From Methylococcaceae bacterium (GTDB taxonomy: Bacteria > Pseudomonadota > Gammaproteobacteria > Methylococcales > Methylomonadaceae), in the NCBI GenBank assembly GCA_013138855.1, contig WTBX01000072.1, forward strand, positions 1 to 29,190: 29,190 nt of DNA. The letters run 5' to 3'. The position numbers were made by a program, and so were the translations under genes. The notes under the pieces are model-generated. The model was given only the letters and a program-made list of their open reading frames with translations, had not been told where the DNA came from and did no database searches. Below, in pieces: positions 1 to 7,978 of this stretch (the first letter of the stretch is position 1; each line of letters opens with the position of its first letter).

Positions 1-100
1 TTAGCGAGTCTACTCGCAGTACGATTAATAAATATAATAAGATGAATATGAGGTAAATTACAATTTTAGTCGAGCGTTCTAAGATATATTGCTGATGGGT

Positions 101-223
101 TTATGGTGTATTTTCATAAAATGTCAGCCTATTCCCAAAAGGATCAGCGATAGTCATTTCTATGGTTTCCCATTCGGTCACTTCGCAACTGGGTCTGGCG
201 TGTTTATATTTTTTGGCTACCAA
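101..223 (-). pseudogene. C-terminal remnant of a VOC/glyoxalase-superfamily protein
   Basis: Minus frame reads (L)VAKKYKHARPSCEVTEWETIEMTIADPFGNRLTFYENTP* (TAA at 101-103). DPFGNRL is the typical VOC C-terminal motif. There is no start or N-terminal half, and the frame runs into the terminal inverted repeat of the element at 212-341. Confidence 0.7.
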
Positions 224-341
224 CTTAAAGCGGGACAGCAGTGTTTAAATTTTAAAGCTCAGAACTAGCATCTACCCTAGGGAACAAAGTTCTCTAGGGT
301 AGATGCCAGTCCTTGTGTCCCGTGTTAAGTTGGTAGCCAAA
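212..341. mobile_element. MITE-like element (family A), 26-bp terminal inverted repeats and internal hairpin
   Basis: TTTGGCTACCAACTTAAAGCGGGACA (212-237) matches the reverse complement of 316-341 at 24/26. Inner hairpin GCATCTACCCTAGGGAAC-AAA-GTTCTCTAGGGTAGATGC (268-306) has 17/18 pairing. Confidence 0.75.
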
Positions 342-342
342 C

Positions 343-417
343 TTAGGAATCATGACGTATTAATGATTTTATCTTCATGATTTTCATGCGCTTCATGGTG
401 AAAATATATTTTAAGTT
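343..417. repeat. Deleted copy of MITE family I carrying a CATGAAG-family (B) right arm
   Basis: Begins TTA-GGAAT like the I elements at 1652 and 10400. Ends ATCTTCATGATTTTCATGCGCTTCATGGTGAAAATATATTTTAAGTT, matching 1749-1795 and the equivalent part of the 10400 copy. Confidence 0.65.
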
Positions 418-453
418 AAAGTGTGTTCCTTCTACAGCTTGAGTAATTATGAC

Positions 454-474
454 TCGTGCGCGACTAAAAGTCGC
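454..474. repeat. Solitary REP-like palindrome (family D half)
   Basis: TCGTGCGCGACTAAAAGTCGC, identical to the right arm of the D element at 22537-22557. Confidence 0.75.
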
Positions 475-512
475 ATCTCCAATATCCTGAAATTTAAAAT
501 AGATACAATAAG

Positions 513-1496
513 ATGAAAATTCTGGTTTTTGAATATATTTGCGGGGGTGGTTTTTGTACCGAAGAGTTGCCAGATAGTTTGGCGAAAGAAGGTTTGTTAA
601 TGCTGAAAGCCTTGCTTAATGACTTAACTATCATCGACGCGCATAAAATTTCAGTATTACTTGATGGGCGTTTGATTAATAATTTTGATGATGCGCTTGA
701 AATTATTGTTATCGAAAAAAAAGACGATATTTTAAAGCGTTTTAAATCCGAATTATCAAGTGTTGATGCGGTATGGCTAATCGCGCCTGAAAGTGGCGAA
801 ATTTTATTTAATTTAACCCAAATTGTTGAGTCAGCAAATAAATTATTACTCAATTCACCTAGCAAGGCAATTACTCAAACGGCAGATAAATGGCAAACGT
901 TTAAACAATTGTCGACACATAATATTAACAGCGTTAGCACCGCAATTTTAAATAATAATAGCCGTCCTTTTCCTCAAGGAACGGTTATAAAATCGCGTGA
1001 TGGTGTTGGCTGTGAAGACAGTTTTTTTATAAATTCAGAGCAAGGTTTTCAATCATTGTTAGCACAATTAAATAATCTTGAAAATTATATTATTCAGCCT
1101 TTTATTGAAGGTGAGGTGTTAAGTGTTTCGGCTTTATTTAATAAGGGCAATGCGCCGTTACTTTGTATTAACCGTCAATACGTTGAAATCGTTGATAAGT
1201 CTTTTAAATTATTAGCCTGTGAGGTTAATTGCGAAATGGATAACGGTGAATTTCAAAAACTATGTACTCAAATGGCTACCGCTTTTCCTGATTTATGGGG
1301 TTATGTTGGTATAGATTTGATTCGTTGTAATCAACAATTACAGGTTTTAGAAATTAATCCACGCTTAACGAGTTCTTACGCAGGTATTAAAGAGGCTTTA
1401 GGAATCAATGTTGCCGCAGTGGTTTTACAATTATTGAATTCTGAGCCAGAGATAATGGCAAGCTGCAATCAGCCTATAACTGTAAAATTATGTTAA
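513..1496 (+). CDS. ATP-grasp ligase, MfnD (tyramine--L-glutamate ligase)-like; methanofuran/methylofuran biosynthesis family
   Basis: N-terminal MKILVFEYICGGG...SLAKEGLLML pre-ATP-grasp signature, plus ATP-grasp motifs K-RDGVGC, IIQPFIEG, YVGIDL and LEINPRLTSSY. Confidence 0.8.
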   Translation: MKILVFEYICGGGFCTEELPDSLAKEGLLMLKALLNDLTIIDAHKISVLLDGRLINNFDDALEIIVIEKKDDILKRFKSELSSVDAVWLIAPESGEILFNLTQIVESANKLLLNSPSKAITQTADKWQTFKQLSTHNINSVSTAILNNNSRPFPQGTVIKSRDGVGCEDSFFINSEQGFQSLLAQLNNLENYIIQPFIEGEVLSVSALFNKGNAPLLCINRQYVEIVDKSFKLLACEVNCEMDNGEFQKLCTQMATAFPDLWGYVGIDLIRCNQQLQVLEINPRLTSSYAGIKEALGINVAAVVLQLLNSEPEIMASCNQPITVKLC

Positions 1497-1546
1497 ATGC
1501 ATGTTATGCAAAGACGTGAAAATTAATTCAGACAGCTTTTATGTTT

Positions 1547-1573
1547 ACCATGAAGCGCATGAAGAACATGAAG
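1547..1573. repeat. CATGAAG triplet arm (family B, left arm only)
   Basis: ACCATGAAGCGCATGAAGAACATGAAG, directly abutting the LR element at 1579. Confidence 0.75.
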
Positions 1574-1651
1574 TTTAAAAGACTGGCGGCAAGATGAAGG
1601 GCGAAGCCCTTTAGCTTGCTGCCAGTCCCCACGCTGATATTAATGTACTTA

Positions 1652-1820
1652 GGAATGCGATTTTAATAACTTACGAAACTATATAAGTCAACTTAGTAAA
1701 ACTTATAAACCATGAAGGGCATGAAGAACATGAAGTTTTAAAGATTTCATCTTCATGTTCTTCATGCCCTTCATGGTGAAAATATATTTTAAGTTTCGGA
1801 TATTATTTAATCTTCATTCC
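1652..1820. mobile_element. MITE family I (GGAATG...CATTCC) with TTA direct repeats, nested in LR copy 1
   Basis: TTA at 1649-1651 and 1821-1823 flank ends GGAATG and CATTCC. A homologous copy lies at 10400-10557. Confidence 0.75.
1709..1777. repeat. Family B palindrome: perfect 27-bp inverted repeat with 15-nt spacer
   Basis: ACCATGAAGGGCATGAAGAACATGAAG (1709-1735) and its exact reverse complement at 1751-1777. Confidence 0.9.
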
Positions 1821-1902
1821 TTAGTGGGGACTGGCAGCTACCTAAAAGACTGCGTCTTTCAGGTAGCCGCCAGTCTTACGAGATACAGTATATTGATAAC
1901 TC

Positions 1903-1927
1903 GGAGTGAAAAAACAAGTTTTTTCAC
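1903..1927. repeat. GGAG-tagged REP-like palindrome (family F)
   Basis: GGAGTGAAAAAACAAGTTTTTTCAC, identical to 23623-23647. It lies 2 bp from the TPR gene stop. Confidence 0.8.
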
Positions 1928-1929
1928 TT

Positions 1930-2553
1930 TTATTCTCTACGAGATAATAATTTATTTTTTTGTTGCTTGTTTGCAAAATTAGCTATCATCCATGACCGCT
2001 GCTCACGCATTACATTGATTTTCCAACCTTTTTTGATGAAAAAATCAAAATCAGCGACAACTTCCGCCTCAAAAGTCGCTTGGTCAGAAATTAAAAGCAA
2101 AGCTCTTTTATAATACTTGCGTGCGGTTTTTGTATGACCGCGTAGCATGGCAACATGCCCTAAATTAAGTGTCCAAGCAGAATTAAATTTATCAAGATTA
2201 TAAGCTTTTCGACAATAAACTTCGGCTTTGTCAAACTCTCCTTGTTTAATCAAAATCCAACCTAACATACCGTAAGCATTAACAAATAAATGATTTAATT
2301 GCGTGGCTTTTAGATAATCGGCTTTGGCTTTTTTATAGTGTTGCTGATGGTAATAAAGCGTTGCTCTACTGAAATAAGCATCTTCATCGTTGCGGTTTAA
2401 ATTAATTTTTTGTGTTAAAGATTTTATGAAAGCTGCGGTGATTTGTTTCTGAGTAAGCGGGGCTGGTATTTTCTTATCCGTAGACGCACAAGAAACTAAA
2501 AATAATAAAACGAATGACAACAAAAATGCATGATGAAATTTAAAAAATAGCAT
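1930..2553 (-). CDS. Tetratricopeptide-repeat lipoprotein
   Basis: TPR-like helices (AYFSRATLYY..A.ADY.KA..LN, AYGMLGWILI..G.F..A). Lipobox LVSC. The ATG at 2553 has GAGAGG 7 nt upstream, so it is preferred over the TTG at 2568. Confidence 0.8.
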   Translation of the reverse strand: MLFFKFHHAFLLSFVLLFLVSCASTDKKIPAPLTQKQITAAFIKSLTQKINLNRNDEDAYFSRATLYYHQQHYKKAKADYLKATQLNHLFVNAYGMLGWILIKQGEFDKAEVYCRKAYNLDKFNSAWTLNLGHVAMLRGHTKTARKYYKRALLLISDQATFEAEVVADFDFFIKKGWKINVMREQRSWMIANFANKQQKNKLLSRRE

Positions 2554-2653
2554 TTTGATTCCTCTCAAACATTAAATTATAAATAGGTAAAATATTCAAA
2601 TATTAACAAGCAGTTATAACATACAAATTTTAAAGTGACACAGAGTTTTTAGT

Positions 2654-2803
2654 TTCTATGGCAACTCAATCATTAGCTCCACAGATGACTGCGTGTAAGG
2701 TTATAAAAAATATATCTTGAAGCTGATGCTTCTTTTGTCGATTAACTCGATAGTCTTTAATGCTTGAAAAGTGATGAATAATTGAGGCTGTTGGCGTTGT
2801 CAT
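2654..2803 (-). pseudogene. ISAs1-family transposase N-terminal remnant
   Basis: Minus frame MTTPTASIIHHFSSIKDYRVNRQKKHQLQDIFFITLHAVICGAND*VAIE matches the ISAs1 (DDE_Tnp_1_assoc) N-terminal pattern HF..I.DPR....K.H.L.DI....LCAVICGA..W..IE. The conserved Trp is now TGA (2666-2668) and the rest of the gene is missing. Confidence 0.85.
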
Positions 2804-2893
2804 TATTTAACGGTAACATAATGATAGCCATATCTTAATTTTTATTATATTTTTAAAACTTTAAGTCCGATTGCCTTAGTGGTCAATTGGTTT

Positions 2894-2906
2894 TGCGTAA
2901 CATCAG
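2894..2906. repeat. Family G motif (CTGATGTTACGCA on minus strand); candidate left end of the ISAs1 remnant
   Basis: TGCGTAACATCAG, about 90 bp upstream of the remnant ATG and pointing into it. The same motif occurs at 10282, 17341, 19795 and 23606. Confidence 0.55.
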
Positions 2907-2957
2907 CCATCAATAATAGTATACTTATAAATTAACGGTTTACAGGAGGTGCTTAAA

Positions 2958-4217
2958 ATGATTAAAAAAAGTATTGTACTGTTGTTAGTTTTATGGCTTT
3001 CAGGGTGCGCCAGTTTGGGTAAAGGCGTTGCTGAGGCTTTTTTAGAAAAGCAGGAAGCGAAAGATGAGCGGGTTTGCGAAATTTGGGGGACTGCTTTTGG
3101 GGGTCTTAAAGCTAATTTATCGACTAATAATGGTATAAGCAAAGTCTTAATGATTCATGGCGTTGGTGACCATTCATCAGGTTATGCAACTGAATTTGCT
3201 GAAAAATTAGCGAAAGAATTAGAGCTATCTGTTACCTCTAAGCAACATAAAGAGATTAATCTAACCGACCGAGAGGATAAAACTAAAAAACTCGGTAAGC
3301 TGCGTGTTCGTCGTTTTTTAAATAAAGCCAAAAATAAAGAATTATTATTTTATGAGCTAACGTGGTCAGAAATTACCGCTAAATATAAAGAAATTTTAGC
3401 CTATGATAATTCAGGAGAGTATTCTTTTCGTCGTACTAAAATCAACGATATGATGAAAAAGTTCTCTAATGATACAGGCCCTGACCCCATTATTTATTTA
3501 GGTGAAAGTCGAGGCGATATATTATCGTCATTTATTCAATCGTTTTGCTGGATGGCAAGCGGCGGCTGGAAAGATTTACCCGAAGGTACGCCTAAAGCGT
3601 GCTGGGCTGAAAATATTTCACCGTTAAATCATATTATTAATGACCATTATGCTTTTGTTTCTCATAGTTTAGGCAGTCGAATTACCATTGATGGCTTACA
3701 AAAAATTGCTGAGATTTTAGGGAATGCTGTAGCGCAAAAAAAGGCTTCGAAAAAACAACAAGATTTAGCGATTGCTTTAAGAAATAAACATATTCCTCTA
3801 TACATGATGTCTAATCAATTGCCTATGTTACAACTCGGGCGTAATTTGCCCGAAGTGTATGGAAAAAAACAGGCATACTGCGAAATGGAAGGCGAACATT
3901 ATTCTAAACGCATCTTATCAAAAACCTCGATTATTGCTTTCAGTGATCCTAATGATTTGCTGAGTTATGCAATTCCTCACGCATTCGTTGAAAAATATTT
4001 AGACTCCAGACTTTGTATTGATGTCACTAATATTAATATTAATGTCGCCACTGTTTTTGATATTTTTGGTTTAGGAAAAATCGCTAATCCTATGGATGCT
4101 CATATTGGTTATGATACTGATGATAGGGTGGTGGCGTTAATTGCTAAAGGCATAGGTAATAGTAATACTGCGGAGATCGTTAAACAGCGTTGCCGTTGGA
4201 TTGAGACTATAGATTAG
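2958..4217 (+). CDS. Uncharacterised lipoprotein with alpha/beta-hydrolase motifs
   Basis: RBS AGGAGG before ATG 2958 and lipobox LSGC. IHGVG (oxyanion-type) and SHSLG (nucleophile elbow) motifs, with candidate Asp (SDPND) and His (DAHIGY). Confidence 0.7.
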   Translation: MIKKSIVLLLVLWLSGCASLGKGVAEAFLEKQEAKDERVCEIWGTAFGGLKANLSTNNGISKVLMIHGVGDHSSGYATEFAEKLAKELELSVTSKQHKEINLTDREDKTKKLGKLRVRRFLNKAKNKELLFYELTWSEITAKYKEILAYDNSGEYSFRRTKINDMMKKFSNDTGPDPIIYLGESRGDILSSFIQSFCWMASGGWKDLPEGTPKACWAENISPLNHIINDHYAFVSHSLGSRITIDGLQKIAEILGNAVAQKKASKKQQDLAIALRNKHIPLYMMSNQLPMLQLGRNLPEVYGKKQAYCEMEGEHYSKRILSKTSIIAFSDPNDLLSYAIPHAFVEKYLDSRLCIDVTNININVATVFDIFGLGKIANPMDAHIGYDTDDRVVALIAKGIGNSNTAEIVKQRCRWIETID

Positions 4218-4286
4218 TCGATAATGTTATTTACCAAAAAAATGTTTTAACAACTTTAGATTAAATTCACAGATTAGGTTAAAGAT

Positions 4287-4802
4287 ATGAGCCAAACAAA
4301 AAAGTCAGAAAATGTTCCAAAAGCAATGCAAGAAAAATATAATGCTATTGTTGAATTAACCGATAAGTTTTCTGAAGAAAACTTGAATGAAGAATATGCT
4401 CAACTCATACGCTATGCTGTTGCTACTCTTTGTAGAAAGCGTCCCTCTCCTTTAGAAAAAGGTAGAGAAAGCTCATGGGCTTGCGGGATAACACATGCTT
4501 TAGGGATGGTTAATTTTTTGTTTGATAACACTCAAACACCTCATATAAATGCCTCAGAATTATATAAAAAATTTGGGGTTGGGCAAAGTACAGGTCAGGG
4601 TAAATCCAAACAAATTCGAGATTTACTAAAGATGTATCAGATGGATCCAAACTGGTCATTATCAAGTAGGATGGATAGTAACCCAATGGTATGGATGCTA
4701 TCTGTAGATGGGATGATAGTTGATGCTAGAAATATGCCTTATGAAGTACAAGAAATAGCCTTTAATAAAGGATTGATACCTTATATTCCAGACGATAAAT
4801 AA
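4287..4802 (+). CDS. DUF6398-like hypothetical protein
   Basis: 171-aa ORF with LCRKRPSPL..G....WACGI.HALG.VNFLFD....PH and LIPYIP motifs recognised as DUF6398-like. Confidence 0.65.
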   Translation: MSQTKKSENVPKAMQEKYNAIVELTDKFSEENLNEEYAQLIRYAVATLCRKRPSPLEKGRESSWACGITHALGMVNFLFDNTQTPHINASELYKKFGVGQSTGQGKSKQIRDLLKMYQMDPNWSLSSRMDSNPMVWMLSVDGMIVDARNMPYEVQEIAFNKGLIPYIPDDK

Positions 4803-4918
4803 CTAAAAATCTATAAGTATTGTCATTTTTCGTAAAAGTGAAAAGCTTTTTTACTCATTTAAACGCTAGTTACGTTAAAATACGCACATTCTAAATTTCT
4901 TCTTAAAGGATCAAAGCT

Positions 4919-5704
4919 ATGTTTACGAAAAAACTGTTAACCGTAGTCACAAGCTGTCTATTAGTTGCTTGTGCTACTAGCCCGACAGGTAGATCACAAA
5001 TTGCTTTTATGCCCGATGCAGAAATGAATCAAATGGGTATGCAAGCTTTTGGCGAATTGAAAAAAACTAAAGCTGTCAGTCGAAATACTCGCTATAAGAA
5101 TTTTGTAAACTGCATTGCCAACCATATCATTCGGCAAGTAGGTGGTAAATGGGAAGTGGTTGTTTTTGAAGATAAATCTTTAAATGCTTTTGCTTTACCT
5201 GGTAATAAGATTGGAGTCCATACAGGATTGGTCAATATGGTTGATAATCAACACCAACTGGCAGCCGTTATTGGTCATGAAGTGGGACATGTTATGGCTA
5301 AACACAGCAACGAACGTATGTCACAGGAAACCGCGCTCAAACAAGGTATGGGGATTTTAGGCGCAGTTGTCGCCCCACAAACCGCCATAGGTCAATTAGG
5401 GATGAGTGCTTTAGGCATAGGGGCGCAATATGGTATTTTATTACCTTATAGTCGCGACCATGAAAGCGAATCTGATGTTATTGGTCTGGATTTAATGGCG
5501 AAAGCAGGTTTTGATCCTAGACAAAGTACCGTGTTATGGCAAAAAATGAGCCGTGCAAGTCAAGGTCAGCAACCCCCTGAGTTTATGTCTACCCACCCTG
5601 CGCATGATACCCGTATTCAGGAATTAAACAGCAATATGCCGCAAGCAATGCAAAAATACCAACAGGCTCAAGCCGCAGGTAAAAGACCAAATTGTAGAAA
5701 ATAA
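4919..5704 (+). CDS. M48 family zinc metalloprotease lipoprotein (LoiP/YggG-like)
   Basis: Lipobox LVAC, NAFALPG, HEVGH zinc motif, YSRDHESESD and FMSTHP. Confidence 0.9.
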   Translation: MFTKKLLTVVTSCLLVACATSPTGRSQIAFMPDAEMNQMGMQAFGELKKTKAVSRNTRYKNFVNCIANHIIRQVGGKWEVVVFEDKSLNAFALPGNKIGVHTGLVNMVDNQHQLAAVIGHEVGHVMAKHSNERMSQETALKQGMGILGAVVAPQTAIGQLGMSALGIGAQYGILLPYSRDHESESDVIGLDLMAKAGFDPRQSTVLWQKMSRASQGQQPPEFMSTHPAHDTRIQELNSNMPQAMQKYQQAQAAGKRPNCRK

Positions 5705-6901
5705 ATGAATCCTAATTTAACCCTGTTACATCCTTATCCGTTTGAAAAGCTAACCCAGCTTAAACAAGGCATTACTCCCGCGATAGATAAAAATCATATT
5801 GCCTTATCTATCGGTGAACCTAAACATCCTACTCCACATTTAATTCAGCAAGCCTTATTAACTCATCTGCACGGTTTAAGCGGCTACCCTAGCACTAAAG
5901 GTTTGCCTGAGTTACGCAGCGCGATTGCGAATTGGATAATACAGCGTTTTCAACTGCCAGAAAATGGTGTGAATTTTGACACGCAGGTTTTACCTGTGAA
6001 TGGTACGCGAGAAGCATTATTTTCATTTACTCAAGTGGTTATCGACCCCAGTAAAAAACCTGTGGTAATAATGCCCAACCCTTTTTATCAAATTTATGAG
6101 GGCGCGGCATTATTAGCTGGCGTTGAACCTTATTATTTAAATACGCCAGAAGATAATAATTATTTGCCTGATTTTGATAGTGTGCCTGATGAAATTTGGC
6201 AACGCTGTCAATTACTCTTTGTCTGTTCGCCTGCAAATCCAACAGGTGCCGTCATTGGAAAAGCGAATTATCAAAAACTTATCAATTTATCGGAACAATA
6301 TGATTTTGTGATTGCCTCAGATGAATGTTATACCGAAATTTATGATGATGAAGATAATCCTCCCATAGGATTATTAAAAGTGGCTTATGAAATGGGAAAC
6401 ACGGATTTTAAACGCTGTGTGATGTTCCAAAGTTTATCGAAACGCTCAAATGCACCAGGGTTGCGCTCAGGCTTTGTTGCAGGCGATAGCGAAATATTAA
6501 AAGGTTATTTTCAATACCGTACTTACCATGGTTCCGCAATGGCTTTACCGACACAACACGCCAGCATTGCAGCATGGTCTGATGAAGCCCATGTGAAAGA
6601 AAATCGCGAACTGTATCGTGCAAAATTCACCGCTTTCATTGATATTCTTGACGATGTTTGCGAAATCAGCAAACCTGAGGCAAGTTTTTATATTTGGTTA
6701 AAAACACCGTTTTCGGATATTGATTTCACTCAACAATTATTTGCCCAACAAAATATTACCGTTTTGGCAGGAAGCTATTTGTCACGCACTGCGCATGGCA
6801 TTAATCCTGCTAAAAATCATGTAAGAATTGCTTTAGTCGCGCCTATTGAAGAATGTATAGAAGCGGCTGAGCGTATTAAATCTTTTATTAACTCCTTATA
6901 G
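5705..6901 (+). CDS. dapC: Succinyldiaminopimelate transaminase
   Basis: Class I PLP aminotransferase motifs ([31 protein letters not shown]); adjacent to dapD. Confidence 0.9.
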   Translation: MNPNLTLLHPYPFEKLTQLKQGITPAIDKNHIALSIGEPKHPTPHLIQQALLTHLHGLSGYPSTKGLPELRSAIANWIIQRFQLPENGVNFDTQVLPVNGTREALFSFTQVVIDPSKKPVVIMPNPFYQIYEGAALLAGVEPYYLNTPEDNNYLPDFDSVPDEIWQRCQLLFVCSPANPTGAVIGKANYQKLINLSEQYDFVIASDECYTEIYDDEDNPPIGLLKVAYEMGNTDFKRCVMFQSLSKRSNAPGLRSGFVAGDSEILKGYFQYRTYHGSAMALPTQHASIAAWSDEAHVKENRELYRAKFTAFIDILDDVCEISKPEASFYIWLKTPFSDIDFTQQLFAQQNITVLAGSYLSRTAHGINPAKNHVRIALVAPIEECIEAAERIKSFINSL

Positions 6902-6912
6902 CTAACAAGACT

Positions 6913-7731
6913 ATGACTGAACTAGAAAAAATCATTAATGATTCCTTTGAAAACCGCGCTGAAATCACTCCGTCAGGCGTAGGGCATGAATTGCGTGAAG
7001 CGATTGAAGCCTCTATCAATTTATTAGACAGCGGTGAAGCGCGTGTTGCTGAAAAAATTGATGGCGAATGGGTCGTTAATCAGTGGTTGAAAAAAGCGGT
7101 ATTATTATCTTTCCGCATCAATGAAAACCGTGTGATGGATGGCGGTGCGAATCGTTATTACGATAAAGTTGAAACTAAATATGGTTCTTATTCGCCTGAA
7201 GATTTTGCTAAATCTGGCGTGCGTGTTGTGCCTAATGCGAATGTTCGTCATGGTTCATACATTGCACCTAACACGGTGTTAATGCCGTCTTATGTCAATA
7301 TTGGCGCGTATGTTGATAGCGGTACGATGGTTGATACATGGGCGACTGTGGGTTCATGTGCGCAAATTGGTAAAAACGTCCATTTATCGGGCGGTGTCGG
7401 TATCGGGGGTGTTTTAGAGCCTTTACAAGCAGGGCCTACCATTATTGAAGATAACTGTTTCATTGGCGCACGTTCAGAAGTGGTTGAAGGGGTCATTGTT
7501 GAAGAAGGTTCAGTTATTTCAATGGGCGTTTACATTGGTCAAAGTACTAAAATCTTTAACCGTATGACTGGCGAAATTACTTTCGGACGCATTCCAGCAG
7601 GTTCTGTTGTGGTTTCTGGTAACTTACCGTCTAAAGATGGAACTCACAGTTTATATTGTGCGGTCATCATCAAACAAGTTGATGAAAGAACTCGCAGTAA
7701 AACAGGTATTAATGAATTATTGCGTGATTAA
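6913..7731 (+). CDS. dapD: 2,3,4,5-tetrahydropyridine-2,6-dicarboxylate N-succinyltransferase
   Basis: [46 protein letters not shown], and C-terminal [11 protein letters not shown]. Confidence 0.97.
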   Translation: MTELEKIINDSFENRAEITPSGVGHELREAIEASINLLDSGEARVAEKIDGEWVVNQWLKKAVLLSFRINENRVMDGGANRYYDKVETKYGSYSPEDFAKSGVRVVPNANVRHGSYIAPNTVLMPSYVNIGAYVDSGTMVDTWATVGSCAQIGKNVHLSGGVGIGGVLEPLQAGPTIIEDNCFIGARSEVVEGVIVEEGSVISMGVYIGQSTKIFNRMTGEITFGRIPAGSVVVSGNLPSKDGTHSLYCAVIIKQVDERTRSKTGINELLRD

Positions 7732-7768
7732 TTTTAGCGAACAACTTAAAACGAAATAGTGTTTTAGA

Positions 7769-7877
7769 CATTCTGTATTTTTCAGTTTAAATCGGAGTCC
7801 AATAGCTTTAGCTATTGGCGAATCACGGAAATAGCTAAAGCTATTCCACTCCGCGTATTTAAGTTAAATGCAGGATG
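7769..7877. repeat. GGAG-tagged REP doublet (family E, 7794-7852) inside a 12-bp inverted-repeat envelope
   Basis: GGAGTCCAATAGCTTTAGCTATTGG and inverted GGAAATAGCTAAAGCTATTCCACTCC. Outer CATTCTGTATTT (7769-7780) and AAATGCAGGATG (7866-7877) pair at 10/12. Confidence 0.75.
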
Positions 7878-7886
7878 CTCATTTTT

Positions 7887-7919
7887 AGACCTTTGAGGTT
7901 TTTAAAACCTCAAAGGTCT
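7887..7919. repeat. 33-bp perfect palindrome (family J)
   Basis: AGACCTTTGAGGTTTT-T-AAAACCTCAAAGGTCT; a sister copy lies at 27985-28017. Confidence 0.85.
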
Positions 7920-7978
7920 TCTATTTTCACCTTGTCACCTTGGTTCGATGTTCAATTGATAAACAAGAAGGTCTTAAA

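Larger units (their letters stand above)
1579..1877. mobile_element. Composite hairpin-doublet element (family LR), copy 1, carrying MITE I
   Basis: Left hairpin AAGACTGGCGGCAA..GGGCGAAGCCC..TTGCTGCCAGTCCCCAC (1579-1632) and right hairpin GTGGGGACTGGCAGCTACC..GACTGCGTC..GGTAGCCGCCAGTCTT (1824-1877). The same ends recur at 10327-10614 and 19834-20110. Confidence 0.85.

Noticed and set aside
4-17. GCGAGT-CT-ACTCGC mini-hairpin at the window start
   Set aside because: Single 6-bp stem with no second copy in the window and no upstream context.
264-310. Hairpins as retron msr/msd, tRNA or riboswitch
   Set aside because: No reverse transcriptase, no cloverleaf or known aptamer motifs; multiple dispersed copies and TIR/TSD features fit mobile repeats better.
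494-865. Antisense and overlapping ORFs in the track (494-865, 2903-3142, 6039-6242, 6408-6623, 7290-7496, 8772-9002, 9029-9235, 11632-11844, 12465-12671, 13688-13882, 14524-14805, 15820-16152, 16294-16635, 17889-18194, 20984-21187, 21737-21928, 23826-24008, 24719-24982, 26610-26816, 28155-28373)
   Set aside because: They are shadows of well-supported genes on the other strand or frame, with no recognisable motifs.
1547-1777. CATGAAG repeats as a CRISPR array
   Set aside because: The period is 9 bp with 2-nt variable spacers, in inverted arms; there are no 25-40 nt unique spacers and no cas genes.
1755-1982. 75-aa ORF (also 10195-10386 and 22221-22412)
   Set aside because: These lie over B, I and LR repeats; the FMFFMPFMV peptide is just the translated B arm.
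2666-2668. In-frame TGA as selenocysteine or readthrough (also 29041-29043)
   Set aside because: It sits at a conserved Trp position (TGG to TGA) in a truncated IS remnant; the other case coincides with a repeat junction. Neither is a Cys/Sec site.
4838-4858. GTGAAAAGCTTTTTTACTC as a degenerate F element
   Set aside because: Too short and AT-rich to distinguish from chance or promoter sequence.
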